DNA from: the human T2T-CHM13v2.0 reference genome, Homo sapiens
Length of the DNA stretch: 64,000 nucleotides
Assembly (NCBI RefSeq): GCF_009914755.1
Contig: NC_060933.1
Strand: one strand, 5' to 3'
The stretch's first letter is position 1; the number at the start of each line of letters is the position of its first letter. A model generated the notes under the pieces. The model was not told the DNA's origin, made no database searches, and saw only the letters and a program-made list of their open reading frames with translations. Of this stretch, positions 56,367 to 64,000 are shown one piece after another. The position numbers and the translations under genes were made by a program.

Positions 56367-57181
56367 CTATTAGATGTCCCATGAGAAGCAAACATCAACA
56401 CAAAGTACAATTTTAATGATAAGGAAGCAAAGGAAGATGAGGAAAGGAAAGATGAAAATAAATCACTTTTAAGTACCACTACAAAAGCTCAAGAAGCCAC
56501 CTTCAAATAATTAATCATTTAGAAGGGGAAGCTATTTTATAAGCAATTCCTATGATGCCATCAGCTACCACTCTATCCACGATGTACCTACTTGCTGGCT
56601 TTACTCTTCTTCATAATGGAAGGATCTATAATTGGCAGAATCCATGAAAAAGATGGAACTGGCTGTTTTAAACTTAAATACGTACTCATTCTGTGGAGAA
56701 AATATGAAACATAAAACCAAGCACTGCTGTTCTCTATACAGTATATTTTCCTTCCAATGCCAATGACAATGTGTAATTTACTTCCTCTGTGGTGACTCAG
56801 GTCTATTTTCTTACTTATTCCCATTTTAATAACTATGTTGTGTGCTTTTAAACCGTGTTTTTAAGTTGCTAAAGTATTTGTTCTTTTATAATCGGAATAA
56901 GACAAGTTCCCACTGCAATATCAATGAATAGATTCCACCAGTAGTCACTATGATAAACTAGAGAACATTCCCCTATTGAGTAAAGTAAAACAAATAAAGA
57001 TATTTTGATATTTTAAATAGTAAAATATTAATAATACCTTTGACAGAATTGCATTGCTAAACAAACAAAACAAAGCAATACAGAATAAACAACCACCTCC
57101 TCTCTCCCAGATCCTGGCCATATTTGGCCTCTTCTTGACTTATGGAAGAGCAGCACTGAATGGGTTGCTCTTCTATTAATA

Positions 57182-57187
57182 TTTATT
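57182..57187 (-). terminator. Candidate intronic polyadenylation signal AATAAA in intron 20
   Basis: tttatt on the + strand, 48 nt past the in-frame intronic TAA at 57237-57235. Confidence 0.5.
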
Positions 57188-57237
57188 GTCAAATTTTTTC
57201 ATTAGATTATTTGTTCTCAAAATAATAATATTAGTTA

Positions 57238-57474
<237 letters not shown>

Positions 57475-57890
57475 TTATTATTATTTATTTATAGCACTTT
57501 TGAATCTATTTAGCCTCAATTTAGATGCACCCAATAGTTATCTTTCCTGGAACAGTGATTACTTAAATGCTATTCCTGTGCCAGACTCTGAGTCCAATGA
57601 TGCTATTGTAAAAGTCAAGACTAAATGTGTTGTTAATAAGCAGTCTCCCCAAAGCTTTTCATTTAAAAATGAAAAGGTTTAAATTATGCATATGAGCTCA
57701 GAACTCAGATCTAAATTCATTATGACTTTGATATTTATGAAATGATGAAGCTCTATGCAATATTGTATCAACATTCAGTTCCTGTAATTATAACTTCTAA
57801 TAAGGCTCATTTTAATGTATTACTGATATGTGCATAAAGATTTTTTTATAGCCAGATTATTTTAAGTCTTCTGCCATAATCCAAAAATGA

Positions 57891-58332
<442 letters not shown>

Positions 58333-58921
58333 TAATCAGAGATTTTGTAGATTTTTTTCTAGACATGAAATTTTTGTGCTGTGTACCTAACAAACTTAAA
58401 GCTTGGTCTTCTTGTTCAACTGTGAAAACCTTGCAATGCCCCAATTACCACTGTTTGAGAGGCTGTCATTACACTTTTCTTCTATAAAAGTGATATAACT
58501 AGTTTTTCAGCCACTGACGAGATAAAGAACAGCTGTACTTATCTGTTGCTTATAGGAATTGGCTTTTATATAGTTGCACTATAACATCCACATAAATGCT
58601 CCTCTATTTTGCTTAGAATGAGGAGGGAATGTATGTCATGTATCTAGATATCTTATTTCAAAATGAACTGCAAAACCAATTTGAGTCATCATGTACTATT
58701 AAAGTCATCCTATCAATAATAAGAAATATAACTGCATATCAACTCCGTTAAATTATCAAACATGTAATGGGAGAAAAGCATCTTAATTTAATCTTGAAAT
58801 GCTAGCTTTTATAATAACCATTAAGGGAGGCACTGAAAAACCAAACCCATTGGAGGGCATACAGTTTTCTCTCATCGTTTGTAGTTTGACTGCTGAAAAG
58901 ACCCATGTCATTACAGTCCTA

Positions 58922-59221
<300 letters not shown>

Positions 59222-59554
59222 TTAACAAAATGTAAGTCCAACGGTCTTGTTTTAAGTACATTTAGAGAATGAGACCAAACCTTAAATATCCTGGGAGATA
59301 AAGTAATAGTGAAATCCTTTCCTGTTTTATTTTTTATTTTTCACTTTTTAAAGTTTTTTAAAAACTACAACTTGAAGAAAAAGTAGCAAACTCCAATATA
59401 CTCATAACCCAGAATTGACTAACACTTAATAGAGATTTTAATTCTCTAAATCATCCTCATCTTATATTTACATATAACTAATTCTTCAGTATAAATGTAT
59501 AATTTATAGGTGACTTATCTCATCTTTGGTTTCCAATTTTTTCCCAAATCATTA

Positions 59555-63880
<4,326 letters not shown>

Positions 63881-64000
63881 AACATTTTAATTTCTTTCTT
63901 GATTTCACTATACTTTGGGGTAAAATATATATAATATATAATTTGCCACTTAACCATTTAAAATATGAAATTCAGTAGCATTAATTAAATTCACAATGTT

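Overview
Primate (human-like), AT-rich genomic DNA, most likely one of the chromosome 9 pericentromeric segmental-duplication copies of CNTNAP3; the exact copy cannot be fixed from sequence alone. Two genes face each other tail-to-tail. On the + strand (240-9687) lie exon 3-, 4- and 6-like remnants of a vomeronasal type-2 receptor (V2R, class C GPCR) pseudogene. They are broken by frameshifts, stops, an Alu and a THE1 LTR, and I could not find exon 5. On the - strand are the last six coding exons of a CNTNAP3-family (CASPR3) gene: 59193-58969, 57398-57265, 56366-56279, 49442-49212, 48976-48905 and 44548-44427. They have GT-AG boundaries and splice into one open frame ending ...[13 protein letters not shown]. 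The rest is interspersed repeat: about 28 Alus (mostly AluY-like), a solo LTR12, several other LTRs, a near-full-length old L1PA and older L1/MIR/L2 fragments. The most interesting signal is a fossil CNTNAP4-like cytoplasmic tail with a ruined PDZ-binding end, sitting out of frame just past the CNTNAP3 stop. Also notable are an intronic stop plus AATAAA that would give a secreted isoform, an exonic CpG island and a G-to-D change in the laminin-G motif. I found no evidence of a wholly new biological system. Repeat subfamily names, repeat edges and comparisons to reference proteins are from memory and by eye.
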